Of a stretch of 64,000 nucleotides of DNA, positions 20,966 through 30,756 are shown in pieces (the stretch's first letter is position 1; the number at the start of each line of letters is the position of its first letter). The stretch is from the NCBI GenBank assembly GCA_963722655.1, contig CAVRNT010000001.1, positions 17,447 to 81,446 on the forward strand. Direction: 5' to 3'. The notes below the pieces were generated by a model. It was not told the origin of the DNA and did no database searches. It saw nothing but the letters and a program-made list of their open reading frames with translations. Source of the stretch: an uncultured bacterium (GTDB taxonomy: Bacteria > Patescibacteriota > Minisyncoccia > UBA6257 > GWB1-50-10). The position numbers and the translations under genes were made by a program.

Positions 20966-22522
20966 TTAACTTAAAAGTTGCGGCAATAGGCTCTGCCCGG
21001 TCATCTCCGGCGGTTTTTTCAAATCCATCAAAGCGAGTAGGGTGGGCGCGACATCGGAGAGCATTCCGATCGTCGGCAATGGGGTGAGCAGGTCAATCGG
21101 CACCTTCCTTTGATGGTTCTTGGCAACGAGGTAGAAGGGCACCGGGCTCGCGTCATGCTTCGTTTCCGGCTCGCCTGTCTTGAGATCAAGCAGTATCTCC
21201 GCATTGCCGTGGTCGGAGGTGATCGCCATGACGTGTCCCTCGTCCAAGACCCGGCCGAGGAGCCGGTTCATTTCCCCGTCGACGAACCGCACCGCCTCCA
21301 TCGTCGCCTCGTAATTGCCGGTGTGGGCTACCATATCAGCGTTCGCATAGTTCACGAGGATGAAGTCGAAGGTGCCCTCGTCCAAGGCGGCGATCACCCG
21401 GTCGGTGATCGGCTTCGCCATCATCTCGGGATTCTGGTCGTAATGGAAGGTCCCGCTCGACGGGATGAGGATGCGGTACTCACCAGCGAAGGGCGTTTCT
21501 TTGAGGCCGTTGAAAAAGTAGGTCACGTGGGCGTATTTTTCGGTCTCGGCGACGCGCATTTGGCGCTTGCCGGCGTCCGCGAGGACCTGGCCGAAGGTGC
21601 CGGCGATATCCTCGTCGGGAAAGGCCACCGGGTTTCTGAAGGCCGGGTCGTAGCGGGTCATTGTGGCGACGAAGAGGTTCTTGAAATGCCTCACCGGGAA
21701 AGCGGCGAACTTCGGGTCCAGGAACGCCGCTGCAATCTGTTTCATCCGATCCGCCCGAAAGTTGAAGAAGATGACGGCGTCGTTCTCGGCGATCGGGCGT
21801 ACCGCCCCGACGGCCGTCGGTTCCAAGTATTCGTCGTCCAATCCGCGGTCGTAAACCCTGGCGGCCGAGGCGGCGACGTTCACCACGTCGCCCTTCGGCG
21901 CGGTTAAAGCCTCGTAGGCCACCTGGGTTCGCTCGAAATGCCGATCACGGTCCATCGCATAGTAACGGCCCGCGACGCTTGCAACGTTTCCGGAAATGTC
22001 CCGTCCGACGAGGGCTGAGAGCTTCTGCACGAGCTCGGTCACGGACCGCGGCCGACTGTCGCGTCCGTCGGAAACGAGTTGCAGACAGAACTTCTGTCCT
22101 TGCTCGTCGGCGATCTTCACGAGCGCCTCAACGTGCGCGAGCGAAGCGTGGACGTTCCCTTCGGTGAGGAGGCCGAAGAAATGGACCGTCGAGCTGTTCT
22201 TCTTCGCGTGGGCGAAGGCGCCCAAGATCGCCGGGTTGCGGAAGAAGCTGCCGTTACTGACTGCGAGCATTATCTTCGGGAAGTGCTGGTAGATGACCCG
22301 ACCGGCGCCGAGCGTGAGGTGACCGACCTCGCTGTTCCCTTCTTCCTCCCAGGGGAGGCCCACGGCCATGCCCGAGGCTTGGAGGGCGCCGCCCGGGAAG
22401 TTCGCCTGGATGAAGTTCATTGTCTTCGGCTCCGCGCGGTAGATCGCGTTCGCCTCGTTCAAGGGGCCGATCCCCCAGCCGTCGAGGATCACCAGAACAA
22501 AGGTTCGTTTCATTATCTTCAT
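20966..22522 (-). CDS. gpmI: 2,3-bisphosphoglycerate-independent phosphoglycerate mutase
   Basis: 518 aa. Starts with RTFVLVILDGWGIG. ITSDHGN metal-site motif. iPGM length. Confidence 0.9.
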   Translation of the reverse strand: MKIMKRTFVLVILDGWGIGPLNEANAIYRAEPKTMNFIQANFPGGALQASGMAVGLPWEEEGNSEVGHLTLGAGRVIYQHFPKIMLAVSNGSFFRNPAILGAFAHAKKNSSTVHFFGLLTEGNVHASLAHVEALVKIADEQGQKFCLQLVSDGRDSRPRSVTELVQKLSALVGRDISGNVASVAGRYYAMDRDRHFERTQVAYEALTAPKGDVVNVAASAARVYDRGLDDEYLEPTAVGAVRPIAENDAVIFFNFRADRMKQIAAAFLDPKFAAFPVRHFKNLFVATMTRYDPAFRNPVAFPDEDIAGTFGQVLADAGKRQMRVAETEKYAHVTYFFNGLKETPFAGEYRILIPSSGTFHYDQNPEMMAKPITDRVIAALDEGTFDFILVNYANADMVAHTGNYEATMEAVRFVDGEMNRLLGRVLDEGHVMAITSDHGNAEILLDLKTGEPETKHDASPVPFYLVAKNHQRKVPIDLLTPLPTIGMLSDVAPTLLALMDLKKPPEMTGQSLLPQLLS

Positions 22523-22613
22523 TCTAGCTTATTGGTTGTAAGTTGTCGGCTTGGGGTTTATACTTTAGCCATAATAAAGTCGATGAAAAACAACTCATAC
22601 ATTTTAAACATCA

Positions 22614-24134
22614 ATGAATTCAAGCATCCTGATAGCGGGAGCGGCGGTTTTGGGCCTGATCATCGGATATTTGGCGCGCGTCACGGCGGCCAAACGCCTG
22701 CAAAACTCGCTCGAGAAGAAGGCGGAAACGGAGCTCGAAGAGGCTAAGTCAAAGGCGAAAGAGGCGGTCCTCACCGCCAAGGATGAGGCGACCTCAATCA
22801 TCGCCGAAGCCCAAAAAGAAGAAAAAGAGCGCAAGCAGGAGTTGCGCCACCTCGAAGAGCGCCTCATCAAGAAGGAGGACGGCCTCGATGCGCGCGCTCG
22901 GGACCTTGACAGGACGGTCGCCAATTTAGAGGCCAAGGAAAACGCCATCAAAGAACGCGAAGCCGAAGCCGACGAACTTCACGAAAAGACGGTGAAGGAA
23001 TTGGAACGCATCGCGGGCCTCTCGCGCGACGAGGCCAAAAAAGCCATCTTCGAAGAGCTCCAGACGTCCTACCGCCAAGAGCTCGCGGACGCGATGGCCC
23101 ACTTGGAGCGGGAACGCGAAGAGAACGTCGAGGCGAAAAGCTTGGAGGTCCTCACGACCGCGATCCAGCGCTACGCCCGGAACGGCATCGCCGACATCAC
23201 GACGAGCGTCGTGAATTTGCCCGACGAGGAGATCAAGGCCAAGATCATCGGCCGCGAGGGCCGCAACATCCGCACCTTCGAGCGCCTGACGGGCGTCGAG
23301 GTGCTGATCGACGAAACACCGGAGAGCGTCATTCTCTCCTCCTTCGACCCGATGCGGCGCGAGCTCGCCAAGATGGCCCTCGAGAAGCTCTTGAAGGACG
23401 GCCGCATCCAGCCGGCGAAGATCGAGGAGAAGGTGGAAGAGGCGAGACAGGAACTCGAGGCCCGCGTGCAGAAGATCGGCGAAGAGGCGGCTTATGAGGT
23501 CGGCGTGACCGGTCTGCCCAAGGAGATCCTCTATCTTTTGGGCCGTTTGAACTTCCGCACGAGCTATGGTCAGAACGTCCTCACCCACTCCATCGAGATG
23601 GCCCACATCTCCGGCATGATCGCCGCCGAGCTCCATTTGAACGTGGAGACGGCGAAGAAGGGCGCCTTGCTCCACGACATCGGCAAGGCCATCGACCACG
23701 AGGTTGAGGGCACCCACGTCGAGATCGGCCGCAAGCTCCTCAAAAAGTACAACCTCCCCGAAGACATCATCCACGCGATGGAGTCGCACCATGAAGAGTA
23801 TCCTTATGCGACCCCCGAGGCCTACGTCGTGACGGCGGCGGACGCAATCTCGGCCGCTAGGCCCGGGGCGCGCCGCGACACGCTCGAAAAGTACGTGAAG
23901 CGCTTGGAGGACATCGAAAAGGCGGTGAACACCTTCGACGGAGTGAAGCAATCCTACGCCGTTTCGGCCGGCCGCGAGGTCCGGGTCTTCGTCGTTCCGG
24001 AGAAGATCGACGATTTCGGGGCGCTCGAACTCGCGAAAAAGATCGCCCAAAAAATCCAGACCGACGTCCAGTACCCCGGGGAGGTCAAAGTGACGGTCAT
24101 AAGGGAAGTTAAGGCCGTCGAATACGCGAGATAG
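22614..24134 (+). CDS. rny: ribonuclease Y
   Basis: 506 aa. N-terminal TM helix, long coiled coil, KH domain (IGREGRNIRTFERLTGV) and HD domain (LLHDIGKAIDHE). Confidence 0.9.
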   Translation: MNSSILIAGAAVLGLIIGYLARVTAAKRLQNSLEKKAETELEEAKSKAKEAVLTAKDEATSIIAEAQKEEKERKQELRHLEERLIKKEDGLDARARDLDRTVANLEAKENAIKEREAEADELHEKTVKELERIAGLSRDEAKKAIFEELQTSYRQELADAMAHLEREREENVEAKSLEVLTTAIQRYARNGIADITTSVVNLPDEEIKAKIIGREGRNIRTFERLTGVEVLIDETPESVILSSFDPMRRELAKMALEKLLKDGRIQPAKIEEKVEEARQELEARVQKIGEEAAYEVGVTGLPKEILYLLGRLNFRTSYGQNVLTHSIEMAHISGMIAAELHLNVETAKKGALLHDIGKAIDHEVEGTHVEIGRKLLKKYNLPEDIIHAMESHHEEYPYATPEAYVVTAADAISAARPGARRDTLEKYVKRLEDIEKAVNTFDGVKQSYAVSAGREVRVFVVPEKIDDFGALELAKKIAQKIQTDVQYPGEVKVTVIREVKAVEYAR

Positions 24135-24220
24135 TAAAAGGTAGTAAAATAAAGGGGATTTTGGTATAATGCTTTCAATTAGAACAAAGGTCGGTAGTGA
24201 GATATAAATCGGACAAATCC

Positions 24221-24496
24221 ATGAAAAAGGACGGATTGGTGGAAGCGGTCATGAAAGCGGCCGGCACCGAGACCAAAAAGCAGGCTCAGCAGGCCGTTGA
24301 GGCGGTCTTTGACGCGATCGTGAAGTCCCTCTCGCGTGGCGAGGAGGTCGCGATCGCCGGATTCGGCACGTTCCGCGTGGTCAAGCGCGCCGCGAGAATG
24401 GGCGTGAATCCTAAGACCGGCGAGAAAATCCAGATCGCGGCTTCGACGAAACCGAAGTTCCGCGCCGGCAAGCTCCTCAAGGAGGCCGTAAAATAG
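24221..24496 (+). CDS. hup: HU family DNA-binding protein
   Basis: MKKDGLVEAV...IAGFGTFRVVKRAARMGVNPKTGEKIQIAASTKPKFRAGKLLKEAV shows the HU/IHF arm motifs. The start is placed at Met9 of the listed ORF. Confidence 0.85.
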   Translation: MKKDGLVEAVMKAAGTETKKQAQQAVEAVFDAIVKSLSRGEEVAIAGFGTFRVVKRAARMGVNPKTGEKIQIAASTKPKFRAGKLLKEAVK

Positions 24497-24521
24497 GACC
24501 GATATCGATCGATACGAACAA

Positions 24522-24550
24522 AAAACCCCGACTTAAGTCGGGGTTTTTTG
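24522..24550. terminator. bidirectional rho-independent terminator between hup and the convergent sigma operon
   Basis: aaaaccccgac-ttaa-gtcggggtttttt. It has an A-run on one side and a U-run on the other. Confidence 0.75.
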
Positions 24551-24561
24551 TTCTTTATACC

Positions 24562-25488
24562 CTACTTCAGCAACTGCCTCACTAAGTTGCTGATATCAAT
24601 AAAGTCCTGATAGGCGTTCCGGACATCGTCCAGCGACGCCTTGACCAGTCCTTTGATTGATATCGGGTTGGAGGTTGCCGGCGTGCTGGTCGCCGTGGAG
24701 CTGGAATTCGAATCGGTCGAGGTGGCCAGCGAGCTCGTGGCCGTGAGGTCCAAAGGCGCCACTTCAAGGGAGACGGTGGAGGTCGCCGCGGTCGAGGTGG
24801 CCGTGCTCGTCGCGGTCGAGGTGGCGTTCACGTAGAGCGACAGGAAGAGGTTGGCCGCCCGCTGGTTCAGTTGGGCCGCCGTAGCGACGGAACTCGAGGC
24901 GTCCGCCAGGTCGCTTTTAATGGCCTTGGAGCCGGAGATGGCCGAATCCAGCCCGCTGAGGTCGCCAGTTATCTTGCCGTATCGCGCCACCGCCACTTGG
25001 ATGGCCTTGGTCTCCTGCTTCACGAGCAGGAAGTCCTGGATCGCTCCGACGAGCGGCAGATAATTGTCGTCCCGCCAGGTCTTGAAGTCACTCGCGATCT
25101 GCTTGATATCCCCGCTCGTGATGGTGGAAGACCCGTTGAGCAGCTGGTTCTCGGAATCGTAATAGGTCAAAAATTGGCTGAGGGAGTTCAGGGTGGCCGT
25201 CTTCCAACCGTCGTAGACCTTGTCCTTGTCGACGTTGAGGAGCTTCAGTTCGTAATCCTTGGTCTCGGCCGTTTGGAGGGAGAGGGCCTGCCCGAAGGCC
25301 GCGATGCGGAGCGAAACGTCGTCCGCGTTCCCCGTGTCCTTGGCGGAGATCAAATTATCGATCGCCGTCTGGGCGTCTTCCAAGATGCTCGATGTCGAGG
25401 TCGTCTGGGCCAGCGCGGCGCGGGAAGTAAAAAACGACCCAGCAACGATAAGGGCGAATAAGAGGAGTATCGAACGTTTCTTTAGCAT
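24562..25488 (-). CDS. secreted Thr/Ser/Ala-repeat protein (hypothetical)
   Basis: 308 aa. Signal peptide MLKKRSILLLFALIVAGSFFTSRAALAQ. C-terminal low-complexity block TSTATSTATSTAATSTVS...TSTDSNSSSTATSTPATSN. It is last in the sigma/anti-sigma operon. Confidence 0.6.
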   Translation of the reverse strand: MLKKRSILLLFALIVAGSFFTSRAALAQTTSTSSILEDAQTAIDNLISAKDTGNADDVSLRIAAFGQALSLQTAETKDYELKLLNVDKDKVYDGWKTATLNSLSQFLTYYDSENQLLNGSSTITSGDIKQIASDFKTWRDDNYLPLVGAIQDFLLVKQETKAIQVAVARYGKITGDLSGLDSAISGSKAIKSDLADASSSVATAAQLNQRAANLFLSLYVNATSTATSTATSTAATSTVSLEVAPLDLTATSSLATSTDSNSSSTATSTPATSNPISIKGLVKASLDDVRNAYQDFIDISNLVRQLLK

Positions 25489-25501
25489 CTTTTCTTGAAT
25501 T

Positions 25502-25969
25502 TTAGTTGGTCACTTGGTTCAAAAGGTCGTCGATCTTGGGGTCGCTCGCCGGTACGCCCGGGTTCAAACCCGCGCTCTCCGCTTGGAGGACCGCCGGGTT
25601 CAAATGGCTCAATTTATTCGTGGTGATCTCCGAAATGGCGGAAGCGATCGTCTGGTTCACGTCCTGATTATAGGATACCTGCTTGAGCTCGATGTTGATG
25701 CTCAAGTTCGTGAATTCGTTGTTCAAGGCCTCGGCGCTCGCGATGGGGACCGCTTTCGGCGCTCCGGGCGCTTCAATCACCAAGACCAAGGCGGCGAGCA
25801 CGGCCGCCCCCAAGGCGACCTTCGGCCAAGCGGCGAAGATCCCAAACGGCCTCCGGGGAGCGGATGTGGCTAAAATGAGGCGCTTCGTCCGCGCCGCGAA
25901 ATCGGGGTCGGGCGCGATGCGCTTCAAATCTTTTAATTGTTCCAAAATATCGTTCTTCATTGTTTTCAC
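25502..25969 (-). CDS. putative anti-sigma factor (single-pass membrane protein)
   Basis: 155 aa with one central TM (WPKVALGAAVLAALVLVI). Its start overlaps the ECF sigma stop by 4 nt (translational coupling). Assigned by position only. Confidence 0.45.
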   Translation of the reverse strand: MKTMKNDILEQLKDLKRIAPDPDFAARTKRLILATSAPRRPFGIFAAWPKVALGAAVLAALVLVIEAPGAPKAVPIASAEALNNEFTNLSINIELKQVSYNQDVNQTIASAISEITTNKLSHLNPAVLQAESAGLNPGVPASDPKIDDLLNQVTN

Positions 25970-26505
25970 GCTTCTTCGATGTATTTCTTGAGCTGTTTCA
26001 AGGCGCGATGCTGGATGACCCGGACCGCTCCTTCGCTCTTCTCGAGCGCGGCGGCGATCTCCTGATTCGACATCTCCTCCACGAACTTCATGAGGAGCAC
26101 GTCCTGATAGACTGGCTCCAAGCGCGCGAGATGCACCCGGACCTTCCGCATATCGAAACCCACGTCGACCTTGTCGCTGATGTCGGACCTTTCGGCGAAG
26201 ACGTCCTCCGGAACGGATTCCAAGCTGACGTTCTTCTTCGCCGTCCGATAGTGGTCGATCACGGCGTTCCGGGCGATCCGGTAAAGCCAGCTCGAGAAGG
26301 GGTAGCCCTTGAACTCGAAAGACCTCACGTTCCGCCAGGCACTCAGAAAGACCTCGTGGGTCAGGTCCTCGGCCTCGCCTTTTCGGCCGCCGACCTTGAG
26401 CAGTATGAACCTGTAAATAGCCGGAAGATGCTTGTCGTAAAGGGCGCCGAAGGCGGTACTGTCGCCCCTCTTCGCCTTTAAGACCAAATCACGTTCATCT
26501 TCCAT
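25966..26505 (-). CDS. ECF-type RNA polymerase sigma-70 factor
   Basis: 179 aa. Region 2 (HEVFLSAWRNVRSFEFKGYPFSSWLYRIARNAVIDHYR) and region 4 HTH (LLMKFVEEMSNQEIAAALEKSEGAVRVIQHRALKQLK). Confidence 0.85.
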   Translation of the reverse strand: MEDERDLVLKAKRGDSTAFGALYDKHLPAIYRFILLKVGGRKGEAEDLTHEVFLSAWRNVRSFEFKGYPFSSWLYRIARNAVIDHYRTAKKNVSLESVPEDVFAERSDISDKVDVGFDMRKVRVHLARLEPVYQDVLLMKFVEEMSNQEIAAALEKSEGAVRVIQHRALKQLKKYIEEA

Positions 26506-26670
26506 ATGCTAAAACGATAGAATTATCCTTTTGTTTCCACGCATCATTTACAAAGCGTAACGCGGTGTAACGTTACACGAAAACCGTCTTTATGTCTATT
26601 TTAACAAAGGGCTACTTAGATATCACACCTAGTGTGCCGCTTAATGGGCGGATTGGCGCTTTTAAATTAG

Positions 26671-26741
26671 AGCGGGTAAGGGGAATCGAACCCCTGTCAT
26701 CAGCTTGGAAAGCTGAGGTAATGCCATTATACGATACCCGC
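26671..26741 (-). tRNA. tRNA-Gly (TCC)
   Basis: The reverse complement is GCGGGTATCGTATAATGGCATTACCTCAGCTTTCCAAGCTGATGACAGGGGTTCGATTCCCCTTACCCGCT. Anticodon loop TTTCCAA. CCA is not encoded. Confidence 0.85.
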
Positions 26742-26806
26742 CTTTTCTCCGAGCTTACCACAAGATGACAAGAAGGAAAATCCCATGTTATCATTTAATC
26801 GATAAA

Positions 26807-27409
26807 ATGCGTTCAAGACCGACGCTCAAGAAAATCGGGTCCGTCGCCCTGCCGATCATCGTCATCGTCGGTATCCTCGTCTATTTCGCCGTCACATCCG
26901 GCAAGCCGACGGTCCCGGCGAGCTTCACCGAGGCGCGCCAAAGCGCCGCCGGCGTGAGCCAAGAAATCGTCACGCTCACGGGGACGGTGAACCAAAAGAT
27001 CCAAGCGGCGAACGCCGCCGAAATGCAAGGGAACACCGAAGCGGTCCTCGGGGCTATCAACGACGCTCGGACGGCGAACGCCGCAGCCTACGAGAAGTCC
27101 CTCGCCCTCTCCCAAAACCTGCAGCAGATGACCGAAGCGCTCGCGACCATCAATTCTTCGAAGAGCCAGCAGCTGGCCTACGAGGCCGTGGCCGTGGAAC
27201 TTTCCCTCGTCTCCGAGTTCATCGCCTACACCGGCTCCCTGAACGACTTTTTGAACGCCCTCGCCCGCTCCATCGCGACGAGCAATCAAGCGAACGACCA
27301 AGCGGTCGCGGGCGCCTTGAAGGCCGTGAACGATAGAGCCATGACCATCGATCAGTTGAACCAGGAGTTCAACCAAAAAATGGACGCCTTCGACATATCC
27401 GTAAAATAA
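26807..27409 (+). CDS. hypothetical membrane-anchored protein (Ala/Gln-rich helical ectodomain)
   Basis: One N-terminal TM (IGSVALPIIVIVGILVYFAV) followed by an Ala/Gln/Asn-rich helical region. The start is taken at Met15 of the ORF that begins at 26765. Confidence 0.45.
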   Translation: MRSRPTLKKIGSVALPIIVIVGILVYFAVTSGKPTVPASFTEARQSAAGVSQEIVTLTGTVNQKIQAANAAEMQGNTEAVLGAINDARTANAAAYEKSLALSQNLQQMTEALATINSSKSQQLAYEAVAVELSLVSEFIAYTGSLNDFLNALARSIATSNQANDQAVAGALKAVNDRAMTIDQLNQEFNQKMDAFDISVK

Positions 27410-27412
27410 ATA

Positions 27413-27775
27413 ATGAAGTTCATCGGCCGTTTCATAGTCCATTTCCTCTCGAACGCCGTTGCGATCATCGTCGCCTCGTACTTCGTCGCCGGTTTTTCCT
27501 TTAGTGGTGACATCATGGCCCTCGCAGTCGCGGCAGTGATCCTCACTCTCATCAATACCTTCATCCGACCCGTCTTGAAGCTGCTTCTGGGACCGCTCGT
27601 CATCCTGACCTTCGGCCTTTTCACCATCATCATCAACGCCTTATCCCTCTATCTGCTTGACACTTTGACAACGGCGATTACCATTCAAGGATACTTGCCG
27701 CTTCTTTTGGCCACGCTCATTGTGAGCGCCGTGAACGCCGTCATCGGTCTCACGACCAGATGGAGCGCGAAATAA
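27413..27775 (+). CDS. phage-holin-superfamily-IV-like 4-TM membrane protein
   Basis: 120 aa with four hydrophobic helices (FLSNAVAIIVASYFVAGF..., ALAVAAVILTLINTFIRPVLKLL...). It resembles the widespread YvlD/phage_holin_4_2 family. Confidence 0.5.
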   Translation: MKFIGRFIVHFLSNAVAIIVASYFVAGFSFSGDIMALAVAAVILTLINTFIRPVLKLLLGPLVILTFGLFTIIINALSLYLLDTLTTAITIQGYLPLLLATLIVSAVNAVIGLTTRWSAK

Positions 27776-27779
27776 AATC

Positions 27780-27989
27780 ATGCTCATCGCCGCTCAAATC
27801 GTGGTTTCGATCATCCTCATCGCCCTCATCCTCGTGCAGGACCGCACGAGCGGCCTTTCCGGCGTCTTCGGCGGAGCGGGGGCGACGCCCTACCAGACCC
27901 GCCGCGGTTTGGAGAAGAGCATTTATTGGGCGACCATCGTGGCGGCCGCGATCTTTGCGGTCCTCGCCATTCTGAACCTGGTCCTTTAA
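27780..27989 (+). CDS. secG: preprotein translocase subunit SecG
   Basis: 69 aa with two TM helices flanking LVQDRTSGLSGVFGGAGATP, the conserved SecG Gly-rich loop. Confidence 0.7.
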   Translation: MLIAAQIVVSIILIALILVQDRTSGLSGVFGGAGATPYQTRRGLEKSIYWATIVAAAIFAVLAILNLVL

Positions 27990-28001
27990 GTCCTTAAGCC
28001 A

Positions 28002-29612
28002 GTGGGGTTTTTGAAGAAAATATTCCAAGCGCTGAGTTCGCGCGAAAAGAAGTTTCTTTTCGGCGCTATTTTTGTTCTGCTCTTTTCGGCCGCCCTCTCG
28101 GGCGGTCTCACGGTCGCCGAGCAAGGACACTACGTCCCCGTCGCGGGCGGTGACTATCACGAGGGTTTCGTCGGCCAGCCCATCGCCTTGAACCCGGCGG
28201 CCTCCGGGAACCCCGTCGATCAGGAAGCGAGCGTCCTGCTCTATGACACCTTGGGGAACCTCGCTTCGAACTACGACGTCTCGAACGACGGCTTAACCTA
28301 CAACGTGAAGCTCAAGGAGAACCTTCTCTGGAGCGACGGCGAGCCGCTCACGAGCGACGACGTCGTCTACACTGTGAAAACCATCCAAGACCCGGCGGCC
28401 GATTCCCCGCTCGCCCGCGACTTCGCGGGCGTGACCGTGGAGCGCGTGAGCCAAATCCAAGTGCGCTTCACCCTCGCCTCCCCCTACGCTTTCTTCCTCG
28501 ACCGCTTGGAGCGGCTGCTCGTCATCCCCCAGCACATTTGGGGCGACGTCCCGCCGGAGAACTTCCGCCTTTCGGACTACAACCTGGAACCGGTGGGGAG
28601 TGGCCCTTACCGCTTTGAAAGTTTCAGCAAGGACAAGAGCGGTTTCATCGTCGAATACCATTTGACCGCGAACCCCGACTACGCCGGGCCGAAGCCCTAC
28701 ATCGCCGATTTCTACCTCGATTTCTACAAAACGGCCGCGGACGCCGTAGTGGCTCTCGGCCGCCACGAGATCCAGGGCTACGGTACTCTCTTGCCATTGA
28801 ACGTTGACTTGAAGACCTTGCGCGGCGTCGTTCGGGAAGACCTGCCGCTCCCCAACTATTACGCCATCTTCTTTGATCAAACGGCGAGTCCGCTCCTCGC
28901 CGACCCGAACCTTCGGACGGCCCTCATCCAAGCGATCAACGTCCAGAACATCCTCGCTCAAGTCCCGGGCGGAAGCGCCATCTCGGGGCCATGGCTCGCC
29001 GGCACCTCGACCTCGACCGCAACCTCGACGCTGGCGGACGAAACGGCGAATGCCGCTTCTTTGATCGCCGCTTGGAAGACGAAGAATAAGGGGGTCGCGA
29101 TCGACCTCACGCTCACCGTCCCCAACGTGGATTTCCTCAAAAAGGTGGCGGATGAGGTCGCCACCGACTGGAAGGCGGCCGGCGTGGACGACGTGGAGAT
29201 CGCAACCTTTGACCCCCAGGACCCGACGGACGCGACCATCGAGTCGCGAAGCTACGAGGCGCTCCTTTTCGGCAATGTCTTAGAGAACGCGAACGATCTC
29301 TTCCCATTCTGGGACTCCTCGGAGGTCAATTATCCCGGCTCGAACCTGGCCCTCTACCAGAACTCGGCGGTGGATAAGCTCATCGAGGCCGCTCGGAGCA
29401 CGACGAGCTCATCGACCCAGTCGCGCGACCTCTCCCAAGCCGAAGGCGACATCCTTTCCGATGCTCCGGCCGCCTTCCTTTTCTCTTTGCCTTACGCCTA
29501 CTACCACACGGATAACTTGGGCGGCTTCACGGCCGGACCGCTCAGCCAGCCGGCGGACCGCTTCCTCGATGTCGCCAAATGGTACGTCGCCAAGGTCCGG
29601 ATTTTGAACTAA
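28002..29612 (+). CDS. ABC transporter substrate-binding protein, family 5 (peptide/nickel type)
   Basis: 536 aa with an N-terminal anchor. Length and motifs (NPDYAGPKPYIADFYLDFY, LPYAYYHTDNLGGF) fit SBP_bac_5. Confidence 0.75.
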   Translation: MGFLKKIFQALSSREKKFLFGAIFVLLFSAALSGGLTVAEQGHYVPVAGGDYHEGFVGQPIALNPAASGNPVDQEASVLLYDTLGNLASNYDVSNDGLTYNVKLKENLLWSDGEPLTSDDVVYTVKTIQDPAADSPLARDFAGVTVERVSQIQVRFTLASPYAFFLDRLERLLVIPQHIWGDVPPENFRLSDYNLEPVGSGPYRFESFSKDKSGFIVEYHLTANPDYAGPKPYIADFYLDFYKTAADAVVALGRHEIQGYGTLLPLNVDLKTLRGVVREDLPLPNYYAIFFDQTASPLLADPNLRTALIQAINVQNILAQVPGGSAISGPWLAGTSTSTATSTLADETANAASLIAAWKTKNKGVAIDLTLTVPNVDFLKKVADEVATDWKAAGVDDVEIATFDPQDPTDATIESRSYEALLFGNVLENANDLFPFWDSSEVNYPGSNLALYQNSAVDKLIEAARSTTSSSTQSRDLSQAEGDILSDAPAAFLFSLPYAYYHTDNLGGFTAGPLSQPADRFLDVAKWYVAKVRILN

Positions 29613-29637
29613 AATAAGAGCGCAACAACCTCTCCTC

Positions 29638-30615
29638 ATGGACTCTTTCGAAAAGAACATCCTGGCGCTCCCCAAGCAGCTCGACCCTCGGGCGGTGAAG
29701 ACCGCAAACCTCGGTAAGCTCAAAAAATCCAAGCCGGACGGCATCGTCGTCTGCGGCATGGGCGGCTCGGGCATCGTCGGCGACATCTTGCGGGACACCG
29801 CCGCCGAAATCGGTTTGCCCGCCCCGGTCGTGGTTTTCAAGAACGACGGGCTTCTGCCAGTACCGTTCAAACGGCCGCTTTACGTCTGCGTCTCCTTCTC
29901 CGGCGACACCGGAGAGACGCTCCACTCCCTCCAAGAGGCCGCCCGGACCAAGGCCAAGGCCGGCGTGGCCGTTGTGACGGCCCGCGGCGGGGAGATGAGG
30001 AGGGTCGCGGAGAAGAAGAGGCTCCCGGCCGCCTTTTTCTCGCCCGGGCACTTGACGCCGCGGCAGGCCTCTGGCAGTATGTACTACGGATTAACGAACA
30101 TCCTCCGCGGGGTCTTCCCTCGCATCACCGTCCGCGACCTCTCCCAAAAGATCAAAACGGCCGGGCTGGCCCGCCAAGGCGCCGCTTTGGCCAAGCACAT
30201 CAAAGGTAAGAACATTTTGATATACTCCGACGAAGCGCATCTCTCATTGGGATATTTTTGGAAGATAACTTTGAACGAGACCGGGAAGAACGCCGCTTTT
30301 GTAAATTTTTATCCGGAGATAGACCACAACGAGATAGAAGGATTTTCAAATATCAGGGGCCCTTGGTCCGCCATTTGGCTCGTCGAACCCAGGGTGGCAA
30401 AAGTGACCAAACGGAAGGTTGATTTCATCATTCGGGCCTTGGAACGCAGCGGGATAGAGAGCGTTAAGGTGGCGCTCAAGGGTAAAACGGTGGCCGAGAG
30501 GATTTGGAACGGCATCGCCCTCGCCGAGTGGTCCGGCTATAATTTGGCCAAGTTGAACGGCGCGAAGCCGGCGGAGACCAAGGCGATCGACGAACTTAAA
30601 AAACGCTTCGAATAG
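29638..30615 (+). CDS. bifunctional phosphoglucose/phosphomannose isomerase (SIS domain)
   Basis: 325 aa. GIVVCGMGGSGIVGDILRD is the SIS phosphosugar-binding motif. The size is typical of archaeal-type PGI/PMI. Confidence 0.75.
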   Translation: MDSFEKNILALPKQLDPRAVKTANLGKLKKSKPDGIVVCGMGGSGIVGDILRDTAAEIGLPAPVVVFKNDGLLPVPFKRPLYVCVSFSGDTGETLHSLQEAARTKAKAGVAVVTARGGEMRRVAEKKRLPAAFFSPGHLTPRQASGSMYYGLTNILRGVFPRITVRDLSQKIKTAGLARQGAALAKHIKGKNILIYSDEAHLSLGYFWKITLNETGKNAAFVNFYPEIDHNEIEGFSNIRGPWSAIWLVEPRVAKVTKRKVDFIIRALERSGIESVKVALKGKTVAERIWNGIALAEWSGYNLAKLNGAKPAETKAIDELKKRFE

Positions 30616-30620
30616 CGATT

Positions 30621-30704
30621 GGGCAGATGGCGGAACTGGCAGACGCGCAGGCTTCAGGAGCCTGTGGGAGCAATCTCATGGGGGTTCAAGTCCCCCTCTG
30701 CCCA
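30621..30704 (+). tRNA. tRNA-Leu (CAG)
   Basis: GGGCAGATGGCGGAACTGGCAGACGCGCAGGCTTCAGGAGCCTGTGGGAGCAATCTCATGGGGGTTCAAGTCCCCCTCTGCCCA. Long variable arm. Anticodon loop TTCAGGA. Confidence 0.9.
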
Positions 30705-30756
30705 CAAAAGTAAAAGTTCTTTTTACTTCAAAAAGTCGAAAAAAAATAAGAACACT

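Noticed and set aside
22926-24050. 374-aa minus-strand ORF antisense to rny
   Set aside because: rny on the plus strand has intact TM, KH and HD motifs. The antisense product is low-complexity.
30619-30756. N-terminal 46 codons of the listed RNase J ORF
   Set aside because: This stretch coincides with tRNA-Leu (30621-30704). RNase J homology begins at the internal Met (30757).
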